Positions 12,103-24,975 of a DNA stretch of 64,000 bases are shown here, one piece after another. The notes under the pieces were generated by a model that was not told the DNA's origin, did no database searches, and saw only the letters and a program-made list of their open reading frames with translations. The translations under genes were made by a program, and so were the position numbers. Each line of letters starts with the position of its first letter. Position 1 is the first letter of the stretch. Origin of the DNA: Octopus sinensis (taxonomy: Eukaryota); NCBI RefSeq assembly GCF_006345805.1, contig NC_042999.1, positions 118,792,001-118,856,000 of the forward strand. The letters run 5' to 3'.

Positions 12103-12420
12103 AGGCACATGGCTCAGTGGTTAGAGTGTCAGGCTCACAATCATGAGCTAGTGAGTTCAATTCTCAGATCAGGCTCTGTGTTGTGTATTTGAGCAAGACA
12201 CTTTATTTCAGCTGTGGAAATGAGATGTGATGTAACTGGTGCAAAGCTGTATTAGCCTTTGCCATTCCAGTGGATAACATCGATGACATGGAGAGAGGAG
12301 GCTGGTATGCATGGGAAACTGCTGGACTTCCATAAAACAACCTTGCCCAGACTTGTGCCTCAGAGGGTAACTTTCTACGTGCAATCCCATGGTCATTCAT
12401 GACTGAGGGGGGCTCTTTGT
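12103..12420 (+). mobile_element. tRNA-derived SINE (family D)
   Basis: ggcacatggctcagtggttagagtgtcaggctcacaatc..gagttcaattc A/B boxes; homologous to 8545-9170. Confidence 0.8.
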
Positions 12421-12429
12421 GTGTGTATG

Positions 12430-12460
<31 letters not shown>

Positions 12461-13966
12461 TTACATATATGTGTGTGTGTGTGTGTGTGTGTGTTTGTAT
12501 GTATGTATGTATGCTTATATCATCTTGAAAGTATGTGGCCTGGCTGTTTAGATGTTGCACCCATGATTGCAAAATCATGGTTTTAATTCTCACACAGGTA
12601 GTGAGCTGTGTTCTTGAACAAAGCATTTCATTCAACATTGCACCACCCTATTTATAGCAATATATCTTTTATATAAATTTATAGGCATGTAATGAAGGTA
12701 GTTCTTCTACATGATCTTATCTGTTATAGACAAAACAAACTAAGGAATATATATATTATAGCCAAAGCAATATGCATTTTGTACAAAAAAAAATTGAATA
12801 ACTCTTGTATACTCTGCATTTAACATGGAATACTTTCCATTGGTATTCCTTACTAAACAATTAGACTTTTAATGTTACATGTATGTATGTATGTATGTAT
12901 GTATGTATGTATGTATGTATGTATGCATGCATGCATGCATGCATGTATGTAATGTATGTATATGTATGCATGTGTGTATTTATGTCTACACTTTATGCTT
13001 ATATTTTTAAATGGCCATACGCCAGCATAGCTACTGCCCACCGGCTGGAATAGTGAAGAATACTGTAGTTATTTTGTATATAATGAGCATTTGAATATAT
13101 TATTCATCTTTAATTATAGAGAAATAACTCTTATTTTAAATATCGTTGGCTTTCATATTGGTATTATAGAACTGATATATAGTATTGATATATAGAAAAA
13201 GAAGTGTTTGGTCAGATTTATTATAATTGCTGGCTAATGTACACTGAAAGTTCACGCTTCACTAAGGAAAAAAAAAGCAACTTTGTAAGTGTCCTTTCTA
13301 CTTCACTAGTTTAGGCAGTAAATCTGTATCTGCACTAAAATTAACCAGTAGAAACTTAATAACTTTGCAAGATTTTTGTTCGCCATTTGTGTTAAACATT
13401 TTTAATATGAAAAATATGACATCACTACAGAGATTTTACTTTTTCGTTGTTTATCACAATAAATATAACAAGCATTATCATATAACAAATTCTTATCATA
13501 TTAAATATAATAAATATATAATATTTATATAATAGATATAACAAATTCTTATTATGCCATCCCAAATATAGTGACATACATCACTAGGTAAAATTGAGTA
13601 AGTTTTATTTTCTTGTATAATGTGAAATCCTGGTATTTACATTTAAAATCTGAGAAAAAGTGTGTATATTTTCTGTATATAATGATATATATATATATAT
13701 ATATATATATAATGCATACATACATATGTACTCACACATACATACATGCATAAATGAATTAATAGATTCAGCAGATGAGTACAGAGAAGCTCAATGTAGA
13801 AAGCACTTAGTTTGAACTTACACACCAAAATCTTTATTGAGGATGAAGTCAGCGGAGTAAAGAGTGGCTATAAGAGGAATCCAGGGGAATGGATATGGAG
13901 ATTATGATGCAAATAAACAAATAAACATGCATGGGCTTGATATATAAGATACACACACACACACAT

Positions 13967-14014
<48 letters not shown>

Positions 14015-14282
14015 GTAAATATATATAAGGATATTTACAGAGAGAAACAAAAACTAGATTTATGGTAATGTTTTTATGTATCCGCTACTAGTTGCATATT
14101 CTCGACTTTTTCCACACTCCATCTTCCAACATTACAATGTAATTCTGAGTCACCAGAAACAGCTGTTGGGCATGAAAAATAACATGCCCTCTCCTCTTAG
14201 TTTTCTGTATCTTTCGTACTCCATGTAAGCTTGTTCTGGAAATATATATATGTGTGTGTGTATATATATATTTATATATATA

Positions 14283-14317
<35 letters not shown>

Positions 14318-15151
14318 ATGTATGTATGTATGTATGTATGTATGTATGTATGTATGCTTGTGCATAAATGGTTATCTTCTGCATACTTTCAGTTTTTATT
14401 TCTCTCTATATATCCCTATATAATTATCTGTGCATGTTTTTTCTATATATCAAGCTCAAGCATGTTTATTTGTTTATTTGCATCATTATCTAAATAAACA
14501 ACTATTAATATTAGAGCTCTGGTGTATCCCATGGTTTACTAATGCTTTCAACTTTCTTTATTCTATACATTAATAACCAACTTGCTGTCACTTCTAACCA
14601 TATCACAGTCTGATATTGATAATATTGCCTTTTGCTGCTCTTTAAACTTTCACATACAAGTATCATTCACATTAAACAAACTGAGATTCAAAATATTCTT
14701 CAAATAGAAACTACCAAGAACGTAGGATCCTTCCTGTGCACCAAGGTTTATACATATGTGTCAAACATATGCACACACACACACACTCACACACACACAC
14801 GCACACATACACACACACACACATACAGAGGCATACATACATATATTTGTTCCTTTGTTTAATCATTGTTTTTCTGTAGTAGCATGAGCTGAATGAATAC
14901 ATATTATTCAGATATTATTTAGAGCTAGATGTTTTTCCTGTCACTAACCTGACCTGCTATTCAAACTAGAGACTTTTAATTTCATATGCCTTCAAAAGCA
15001 CAGAACTAGTAGTCAAAATGTTGGCAAATATTTGGGCAACACATCACTGTCAGTAACTTAATATGCTCCAGATGAAGCAAGGACTCTAAATGTTCCTCAG
15101 ATGCAAAAAACATGAACACACGCACATACACACACACACAGAGTAGACATA

Positions 15152-15540
15152 GGTGCAGGCATGAGTGTGTGCTAAGAAGCTTGCTTCACAATCACACGGT
15201 TCTGGGTTCAGTGCCACCGTGTGGCACCTTGGGCAAATGCCTTCTACTATAGCTTCAGGCTGATCAAAGTCTTGTCAATGGATTTGGTTGACAGAAACTG
15301 AAAGAGCCCATCATATATATGTGTACATCTATGTGTGTATGTCTTTATGTCTGTGTTTGTCCCCCACAACCACTTGACAACTGGTGTTGGTATATTTACA
15401 TCCCAGTTAACAGTTCAGCAAAAGAGACCAATAGAATAAGTACCAGGTTTTAAAATAGTTAAATAGTTCTGGAGTCGATTTGTTTGACTAAAATCCCTTC
15501 AAGTTGGTGCTTCAAATAACTGAAACAAATAAAAGATAAA
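15152..15540 (+). mobile_element. tRNA-derived SINE, family A
   Basis: Similarity to 54622-55014 and 55271-55697. Confidence 0.8.
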
Positions 15541-16003
15541 GCATGAAAGATATAAAAATCACAAAGTAAAAGCTCCCATACAATTTCCATCTACCAGATT
15601 CACTCACAAGGCATTGGTTAACCCAAGGATACAGTGGAAAGTAAGAAAATACTTGCTTCAGGTGCCATACCACAAGATAGACCTCAAAGCCATGTAGCAA
15701 CAAAACAAATTCTGTAGCACCCATCACATACTGACTACTTGTCTAGACAAACCACTTGGAAAGATTTTCTGTGAGCTATTATCGTCACTTACCATCTTGT
15801 ACCACATTTAATAAAGCTCTCTATCATCCTTTACTATTTACTGAATGTAAGACGGCACCAAATATCTAACCCTTGCCATCCATAGTTTCCCACTTCAATT
15901 TACACTTCTTATTTTCCTTCTTCCCCATATCACCCTTTTCACCACCTCATATTTACCTACATAACCTCGTGGTACATTCTATCTATATATCTTCCTCTTT
16001 AGA

Positions 16004-16237
16004 TTTAGCCCTTTAACATTTAAACTGGCCATGTTTGGCCAAAATATTCTGTTTGTTTTATCTTCAAAATGGCCAGATCTGGCCTCTCACATTTACCCTA
16101 TAATAAAATAACTTTACCCTAAAATAAGCAATCATTACATTGAAATCTCAAAGCTATGAGATAATGCATGATTAATTGAAAATAATGTGAACAAACCAGT
16201 GTTACATTTGACAGAGTAATCTCAATGCTAAGGGGTT
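16004..16237. mobile_element. Short MITE with CCCTTTA(A/G)CATT-type TIRs
   Basis: ttagccctttaacatt ... aatgctaaggggtta; a related truncated copy lies at about 55085-55268. Confidence 0.5.
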
Positions 16238-16616
16238 ATACCATTGATATTTCTGTCTCTCTATTCAGACTTTAGTTTTCCTCTGATACTATAACCATTA
16301 TTCTTCTAGTGCTGAGATATGTTGCTACAAACCTTTCATGCTGCAAGAAACGTTAGTACACTGGGCGAAATGCTTAATGGTATTTTGTCTGCTGAAATAA
16401 TAGTATTCTTTTATGAGCAGTTATATTAACCAATGGAAAAACGACAATAATATTTCTTCGGCAATACAACATTACGTCATATTGCCAGCTACCACAAATT
16501 GGCGCGTTATTTTAAAATGGCTACTTGCTACAAAAGTAATATATAACTGAAGATAGGAGGTCTATAATGAACTTTCCAATAATTATTTATTTCTGTCATT
16601 TCTTTTATCTTTACAG

Positions 16617-16809
16617 ATCAGTTGCTGAGTGCTTAAAATGTGGAAGAAGAATTGAAGCAGAAAACTATAGTGATGTCACAATCTACTTCAGTGATATTGT
16701 AGGTTTTACTTCCATCTCAGCAATGAGTACAGCCATGGAAGTTGTTAACATATTAAATGAACTTTATACAATGTTTGATGCGACCATAGACAACTACGAT
16801 GTATATAAG
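16617..16809 (+). CDS. Receptor-type guanylyl cyclase, internal exon (start of catalytic domain)
   Basis: Acceptor ttttatctttacAG at 16615-16; translates (x)[64 protein letters not shown], a typical class III cyclase start; ends AAG|GCAAGC (GC donor) in phase 0, joining VETIGDAY. Confidence 0.95.
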
Positions 16810-16815
16810 GCAAGC
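16810..16815 (+). promoter_or_regulatory. Non-canonical GC 5' splice donor (GC-AG intron 16810-26300)
   Basis: AAG|GCAAGC at the only junction that keeps DVYK-VETIGD contiguous. Confidence 0.85.
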
Positions 16816-17359
16816 ATGTCTTTTTCCTTTAATATCAATATCGTTTGAGTGCTATGGCAGGGCAAGTGAATTGTGTGTGAGAGATTATTTATTATCCAAA
16901 GGTTGATGGTTTGTATTTTGTTTCTTTTACATCATTGCAAAAATGAAAAAAGCTCTGTTCACATTATTCAGAGTAACTGAATATCATATATAAATTAAGC
17001 TTTTTGTTAAATGAAACAGGTATGATTTATAGTTAACAAGTAGTATAGGGTGCTATACACTCGGTTTGCTATAACACATTGCCTTTCAGTTCGAAACATT
17101 TCATGCTTCTAATTTCCCTGATTCCAGTCACCAGCAAATATCCTCTTTCCACCTTCCCTCCACATCAAATATACATGTCATCTCACTTCTCTTTGAGTGA
17201 TATGATATTTCTTTTTGTTATTCCCATCGTTCCATTCTTTCCAGACCTGCTTTTTTTTTTTTTTTAGATTCTGTAAAATCTTTATCCACAGGGGTCTTGA
17301 TCCAGTCACAACTCTGATCTATATCTATCAGCAAATTATCATATAGGAGAACAGCAGCA

Positions 17360-17860
17360 TAAAGTGCATATGGATGAGGACAGTTGTAATAAAGAAGTGT
17401 TGAGTTCTAATTGTAGAGGGAACCTGTGGAAGGGGTAAAACCAGGAAGATGTGGGATGAAGTGATGAGAAAGGATTTTCAGACACTGGGCCACCCTGAGG
17501 AAGTGACAAGGGACTGAGAATTGTGGTGATTAACTGTATTTAAGAAGATGTGTCAAGCCAAGTAAAATCACTGTCATCCATACATACATGTTTGTCCTTT
17601 ACAGGTGTCAGTGCCATGTGAAATGCACTCGTGCCGGTGGTGTGCAAATACATCTATGCCAGTGTCATATAAAAAGTACCCAACTCACTCTGTAAAGTGA
17701 TTGGCATTAAGAAGAGCATTCAGCTGTAGAAACCATGGCACAACAAACAATTTGGAATCTGGCCAGCTCCCTGGCAAGCCATCTCCTGTCAAACCATCCA
17801 GTTCATACTAGCATGGTAAATGGATGTTAAACAACGATGATGGTGATGATGATGATGACA
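17360..17860 (+). mobile_element. RTE-clade LINE 3' end (ORF tail, 3' UTR, (GAT)n)
   Basis: MDEDSC..VEGTCGRGKTRKMWDEVMRKD..; UTR ends catactagcatggtaaatggatgttaaacaacgatgatg. Confidence 0.7.
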
Positions 17861-18245
17861 CTACCAGTTACCCTCTCAATTATAGGTCTCAGGAATATTA
17901 TCCTGTTGTGTCGATGCCCCCAGATGATGAAGTAGGCCAGCCCAATACGTAGATATAGAGGGAGAAGTCTAGATGTCAAGGAGTTGAGTAGAGGTCATCC
18001 GAACGTGCGATATAACAGTGGTGATGAGGATTTTGTAGCTCACACAGCCATTGTGTAGTATTGTGATATAACAGTGGCGACGAGGATTTCGTAGCACACA
18101 CAGCCACTGTGTAGTATTGCAGTATTACATATCCCTTTCATCATATTCATAATCTAGGATTGCTCTGAGTTGAGTATATATTTAGCAGAGGGCTCTTTCA
18201 GTTTCTACACCTTCCTCTTCAAGGCAGCATTTTATTTCTGTTAAG

Positions 18246-18377
18246 GTCATCTTTACAGATTTTCTGTAAAAATTATAACCACCACTGATTTTGTTATGAT
18301 GTTTTGTATTAGATACGAAATGTTGTGACAAAATCAGTGTTGGCTATAATTTCTACAGAAAATCTGTAAAGATGACT
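18246..18377. repeat. 132-bp near-perfect inverted repeat (mini-MITE/hairpin)
   Basis: gtcatctttacagattttctgtaaaaattataacc.. / ..ggctataatttctacagaaaatctgtaaagatgac. Confidence 0.85.
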
Positions 18378-18791
18378 GTAACACGTGATTTAATGGCACT
18401 GCTAACACAGTTACACATAGTATTGACTTATAATTTGTAGTATATTATGTTTACATAATGTAATAGCATATGCCTACAAAGCATTAGTATAATATCTGTC
18501 AGTCCTTCTAAATCTTATTCTGAAACCACTGATTATTAGCTTATTAGCTTATGTACATACTTCACCAGGAAAGGACTTGGTATTTGCAGCCATTTGTCTT
18601 TCCTGATTCCTGATAAAAATACAGTGTATTATGTTCACTTGATCAGAACGTAATCAAACAGCTTGTGTAATATTATTTAGGAAGGTATTTATATATGGAA
18701 AACACTAGCATTGAAAAGCTATAAAAATATGTAGGAAATGAAGTATTCAGATCGAAGATTAAAAGCCCCCTACTGGAATAAAATAGATTTA

Positions 18792-18839
<48 letters not shown>

Positions 18840-19914
18840 TGTATGTATCGGTCTGTCTGTCTATCTATCTATATTTATGTGTGTGTGTGTGTGTGTGTAG
18901 AATTAGGAAAATGAATTCATTATATCCACAACTATTTATATGCATACATAAAATATAGACAGAATATGTATGTTGGGAATGGGGAGAGATAGAAATAATG
19001 TAAATCTGTTCAACATAAGGATTCTAGCCACTTTGACAATTAACAGGCCAAGAACAAGAAGGAAAGACATGTTATTGATAACAACATGTGTGTATAGAGA
19101 AAAAGAACATATATACACATACATGCATACACATATATAAATAAATATATATATATACATACATGATATGTATATATATATATATTTATATATACAAATA
19201 TATACACTTATATATTTATGTTTGCGTGTGTGTGTGTGTGTATGTATATATATATATATAAATGTATACATTGTATATACATTGATTTGAATTAATTTGC
19301 CTTAGTTTATATTAATTATGCAATTATGGAGCTAATGATGTGTGTGTATAGAGGAAAATTTTTTATATACACATGATATATATATATACATATGCAAATA
19401 TATATATATCATCTGTATGTAAATGATTTTCATACATATCTACTTGTCATTAATTCCATTACTACTTAATTGATATACATAAGTAATTAATATAAATCAA
19501 TGCAAATTAAATGTATTTAAAACTATGTTTATCCCAAATTGTCATCATGAAATAGGAAATGGAATATTATCAAGTATAACTTCCCATTTGCAAGATCTGT
19601 CAAAGTGAAAATTGCAGACTTATTCCTTAAAATTGTTAAGGAAAATTTCTGTTCCATTTACTACCAAATATTAAGCAAGACTACCATTAAACTTTCTTAT
19701 ACTGCTACACCTAATTTAGCCTCTGTTGAAGCAACAGCAAATTGCTCTTTATAAAATAAGTATTATATCAATTCTAAACAGACCAAAAATTGAAGATTTA
19801 ATAATTTTCCCTTTGAATATATTAGTTAATATAATTAAATTATCAATTATAACCGTGACTATTATAAAGGTGTGAGCTGTCATATTAATAATAATAGCAG
19901 AAATAGTAATAAGG

Positions 19915-20360
19915 GTTTGAAATTTTGGTATGGGCCAGCAGTTTTTGAGGGAGTGGGGAAGTCAACCACATCGACCCCAGTACTTCATTTTGTATTTATT
20001 TTATCAATTCCAAAAAGATGAAAGGCAATGACTTTGCTAGAAGTTGACTTAAGAATGTTAAAACAGAGGAAATGCTGCTAAACATTTTGTCCAGCAAGCT
20101 AACAGTTCTGCCATTTCATCACCTTCTCACTAACAATAATAATACTATAAGTAATAGCTACAACACTTATTGTCCTGATAAAGATAATAACAATAATAAT
20201 GGTTTCAAATTTAGGCTCAAGTTCAACAATTTTGAGGAGGAGTTAATTATATGAATCCAAATGCTCAACTGGTACTTATTTTATTAACCTTGCAAACATG
20301 AAAGACAAAGTAAACTTCTGCAGTATTTGAACTCAGAACATATACAGCCAGCAGAAATGC
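19915..20360 (-). mobile_element. Two degraded family B SINEs separated by (AAT)-rich sequence
   Basis: Reverse complement of the family B body (gatgaaaggcaa.gac, tgctagcaa). Confidence 0.6.
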
Positions 20361-20509
20361 TACTAAGCATTGTCTGGTGTGGTACATTTCTGTCAGCTCA
20401 TCACTTAAAAATGGTTGTAACAATGTGTGCAATAATGCTAGTATTAACAATATCGAATACAGAAAGACAAACTATGAAAATGATGAATGCAACCTGGTTG
20501 ATTCTTGTA

Positions 20510-21435
20510 TAATGTAGTATCAAAATGTTCCTAGACTAGTTATGTTTAATAAAAAATAACTTAGTTACCTAAGTTTTAACATCATCTTCTTTGAAATAGT
20601 TACCTTGTGCAGTGATACACCAGTCACAGTATTCCTACCATTTTTTGAATCCATCCTGGAAGTTGTTTGCCATAAGTGAGTCAAGGACCTTCTACAGTTT
20701 GATCTGAGTCTTGACAACAGTGTTAAAACGACAGCCTCTGAGCTGCATCTTCATTTTGGGGAAGAGATGGAAGTCCACAGGAGCTAATTCTGGTGAATAG
20801 GGTGGGTGCAGAAGTGATATCATGTTGTTTTTGGTGAGAAACTTATAGGTAAGGAGAGCTCAGTGATAGGGTGCATTGTCATCACAAAGAATCCAATTCT
20901 TCACACTCCACAGATCCTGTTGTTTTCACCGAATGTCCTCCCTCAAACACTTCAAAAAGTTGCAGTAGAACTCTTGATTGATCTTCTGGCCATGGGGGTG
21001 GGGGATGAATTCACAATGCATAACAGCACATTCCCAGGGGTGATGCTTGTGGTAGGTCTTCCAAATCACTCATCATCTTCCAGGGATGTTCTTCTGCTTT
21101 TGAAGCTCCCATGCTACTTGAAACATTGTGCACAATCCATTGCCTCATTGCCATAAGCTTGCCCAGGCATACTCAATGTCTCTGTAGCAGGCTTCCCAAG
21201 TTTAACACAAAATTTCACATTGCCTCTTTGTTCCTTTCCATGACAAGATCGCAGACTACAGCAGACACATGATCACAAAAACACAAATTTCACAACTTGT
21301 GAAGTAAACACAGTGATGTCACTCAGCACACTGCTTCATAAAGATCACTGTTAGGTCTCATTGCACACATAACCATCTGCTGCCATTTGTTGGTCTGCTA
21401 CAGAACTAGTCTGGGAAGTTTTTGATACTACCTCG
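20510..21435 (-). mobile_element. Internally deleted mariner transposon
   Basis: TA TSDs 20508-09 and 21436-37; ~32-bp imperfect TIRs (GTAGTATCAAAA..TTCC.AGACTAGTT); decayed transposase KFCVKLGKPATET..DDNAPYH..HPPYSPELAPVDFHLFPKMK. Confidence 0.88.
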
Positions 21436-21521
21436 TACCAGTTGCCGAGTAATAAGGATGAAGAAGAGAATAATAACAAAATTTCTTCAAACATTAATGC
21501 TAGTAATATTCTACCTGCCTC

Positions 21522-21730
21522 AAGATGGTGAGCTAGCAGAATCATTAGCATGGCAGGCAAAATGCTTAACAGAATTTCGTCTGTTTTTATGTTCTAAGTT
21601 CAAATTCCACCAACATTGACTTTGCCTTTCATCCTTTCAGGGTTGATAAAAGAAGTACCAGTTGAACACTGGGGTCATAGTAATCAACTTACCCCCTCCC
21701 TTGAACATGCTGGCCTTATGCCAAAATTTG
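21522..21730 (+). mobile_element. SINE family B
   Basis: gagctagcagaatcattagcatggcaggcaaaatgctta..gactttgcctttcatcctttc. Confidence 0.75.
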
Positions 21731-21779
21731 AAAGCAATATTCTACTTGTCTCAAAGAATTCTTCTTTGCCAAACCCTGA

Positions 21780-21945
21780 TAAAAATGCATGCAGTTGTTT
21801 TGTGAAAGAAAAATTTCCTTCTCAAAGGTCACAGCAGTATAGTAATGTAATTCATGAATATACTTTTAAAACCTATAATTCTACTGAATTCTACATTGGT
21901 TCCACTTCTAATATCAAACAAAGATGTGATAGACGTTACCATTGA
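21780..21945 (+). mobile_element. Old Penelope-like GIY-YIG fragment
   Basis: CSCFVKEKFP..NVIHEYTFKT..FYIGSTSNIKQR resembles the 6940-7690 element. Confidence 0.45.
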
Positions 21946-23229
21946 TTTTCTAGTGAACTTTAGTTCTCCTGCTGAAGATATCTTTTATTTGAAAGTCAAA
22001 AACATTCCCTTTGACTTGGAATTGTTCATATTGAAATCTGAAAATTCTTAGCAAGGTACCAGAAAGATGTGCCAGTTTTGTATAGGCAAAGTTTTAGAAA
22101 TTAAAGCTGACAATGTTTTTCACTTAACTTCACAAATATATTAATAATTGTGAAATGCTGTCATTTGAACTCCTTCCTTTTCACTAAATATATTAAGTGT
22201 GCTTTTCATTAAATAGCAAGTAATCATTTAGAACAATAATATTAATATATGTATAATAATGTGATTTATTGATTTCCTTCATAGATTTAAACAAGTTTTA
22301 ACACTTGAACATCATTTTAGTTTGGATCATTGTGCATGTATATGTATTTTTTTTATTTAAGTGTGCTTTTATGCTCATACATATACATCCATGAATATGA
22401 TTATGTGTATGTGTGTCTATATATTTTTCTTTATGCATATCTAAGTTTATGTGGTTATTTTGGCATGTGCACATGTTCGTAATTGTATATAATTTTATGA
22501 GTATTATATGCATGTAGATATATTCGTATGTAAACTTGTATATGTTTCAATGTATATACGTATGTTTAAGTGTGAGAATATATATATGTATACTTAAATG
22601 AGTCTATGTATATATGATTACTTATTTTTTATTTGCACTTTATTTTCCTCATCCAAGTCCCCATTTTATTTTGGCAATTGGACACTGGACACTTGTATAA
22701 TTTTTTCCATTTGTCTTTGTGGTATATTCGGCTTTTAGACTCACTTTTCCTATGTCTTCATTATTTATAGATATATAACTTTGGTTGTTTTTTCATCTCT
22801 CGCTCTCTCTGAATATAAATATATATATATATATATAATATATATATATATATATTTACACACACACATGTTTGTGTGAGAGAGAAGAAAAGAGAGAGAG
22901 TTGAAGAGTGATAAGGAGGACAATGGATTGGGTTGAGCAAGAGGAGTTTCAAGGCTACCCCATTTGAAATATGAGTGAGTGAGGGTGTATGAAGTGGTGC
23001 AAGAAAAAGAGATAAAAATGATATTTAGCAAAGAGTCAGAGCATACACCTTAAGGCGTTGAGCATATGTTCTGGCTCTTTGTCCAAGGAGATGAATAGAA
23101 AGTGGTGACAGTAGGATCAGGGAGCATAAGTAAGAGTTGTAAGAGTGTATGTGTTGTGTGGGAAGAGAATGAATAATAGATAAAATGGAAGCCGTCAATG
23201 ATAAATAGATGAAGGTAGTTAGTATCTAT

Positions 23230-24070
23230 TAAGCATCAACTACCCCAAAAACATACTATCCACTCCAATTATGAAGAAAAGAGAGGATGAAACCAATAAA
23301 CTGTCCACAGTCTGTCTACCCTATGTGAAAGGCCTCTCCGAAAAGTTACAAAAGATATGTGGCCTATATGACATCAGGACAGTATTCAAGAGTAATACAA
23401 TACTTCACAAATATCTCCTTTGAGTAAAACCATCAATAGAAGAGAATATGATCAAAAACTACGTGTACTCCATCTCATAAAGTAATGGTAGGTTATACAA
23501 AGGCGAAACATGCTATCCCTTCAAAATAAGGGTAGACAAATATCGCACAGCTGTGACGTGAAGAGATATTGATAAATCGGGTAGAGCTGATCATGTGTGG
23601 AAACATGGAGATCACATCTCTCTGTGGGATGAAGTTAAAATAATAGACAAACACTAATGGAAAATACGAAAACTAAAGGATGCAGCACGTATGCTAGGAC
23701 ACAACAACCTCCTAAGCAGACCAAGTGCAGATATGAGCAGCATATGGGAACTAGTATTAAGGAAGGATAGGAAAATATTATATTTATAAGCCCTAAAATT
23801 TACTCCGTAATTGCCCACGGGCATACGGCGTAATGGTTAAGAGCATAGGCTACTATCCCCAAGATTCCAAGTTCAATTCCAAGCAGTGGCCTGAATAATA
23901 ATAATAACAATAATATTAATAATAATAATAATAACATCAAAAAATACCTTAGGAATGAGAACCCAGTTTCGAAATTGCCCCAAGACACCTGATGAAGGCT
24001 GGAGGGTATATCAGCTGAAACGTTGTGTTAACACAAACAGGATGCGGACAAATATCCGTCAAATGTAAAT
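23230..24070 (+). mobile_element. Penelope-like element 3' part: GIY-YIG pseudo-ORF, tRNA-like segment, (AAT)n, hammerhead
   Basis: VCLPYVKGLSEKLQKIC..VYSIS*SNGRLYKGETCYPFKIRV..DHVWK..WDEVKIID..LLSRPS (23271-23789, several stops); 23811-24070 matches 8850-9125. Confidence 0.85.
23984..24029 (+). ncRNA. Minimal type-I hammerhead ribozyme motif in a Penelope-like terminal repeat
   Basis: GACAC CUGAUGA A GGCUG-GAGGGUAUAU-CAGCU GAAA CG UU GUGUU; 5-bp stem I, 5-bp stem II, palindromic AACGUU; one extra A before stem II. Confidence 0.65.
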
Positions 24071-24374
24071 ATTTCACTAGTATACTTTATTTTTAAGGTC
24101 TGAAAACATTCTAGTTCAAGTCTACCTTTGTTATAATGACAATTTGTGCAATCATTCCTGTTAATATCATTCAGATACTTTCATCTCCCATGGCAATGTA
24201 CACATTTTTGAACAGCTGATGAGGATATAGCACAATTAACATTTTTATCACAATGTGTATGATTAGTGGCTCCCTTATCTCTCTTGTTGACCAAATAATT
24301 TGTAGTTGTCTTGTGTTCTTTCTTGGTGAGATTTGATGTGTTTCAAGAGAAGCTATTTTTCCTATCAATACTCT

Positions 24375-24975
24375 ATGTATGTATGCATGCATGCATTATG
24401 TATGTATGTATGTAGGCATGCATGCATGTTTGCATGTATGTATGCATGCATGTATGTATTCATGTATACATGCATTTATGCATGTATGTATGCATGTATG
24501 TATGTATTCATGTATATATGCATAAATGCATGTATGCATATATGTATGTATATATTGTGTATGTATATATGCATGCATGCATGTGTGCATTTATGTATGC
24601 ATGCATGTATGTATCATGTATGCATGCATGCACATATGTATATATGCATGTATGTATGTACATACATACACATGTGAGTGTGAATGTATGCATGTATGTT
24701 TTCATGTATGTATGCATTTATGTATGTATGCATGCATGTATGTATTCATATGAATATGCATTTATGCATGTATGCATATATATATATATGTATGCATTTA
24801 TTCATGTATGTATGTATTGTGTATGTATGTATGTATTTGTGTATGCATGCATGTATGTGTGCACTTATGTATGTATGTAGATATGTATGTATGCATGTAT
24901 GCACATATGCATGCATGTATGCATGCATGCATGTATGTATGTATGTATGTATGTATGTATGTATGTGAGTATGCA
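24375..24975. repeat. Degenerate (TATG/CATG/TGCA)n purine-pyrimidine alternating tract
   Basis: Directly visible. Confidence 0.95.

Noticed and set aside
1-16616. Upstream cyclase exon (dimerisation helix ending LLP)
   Set aside because: Searched by eye and not found; presumably lies 5' of the window.
17915-17960. CAGATGATGA...AATACGTAG as a decayed hammerhead
   Set aside because: Core mutated at several positions with no convincing stems I/II.
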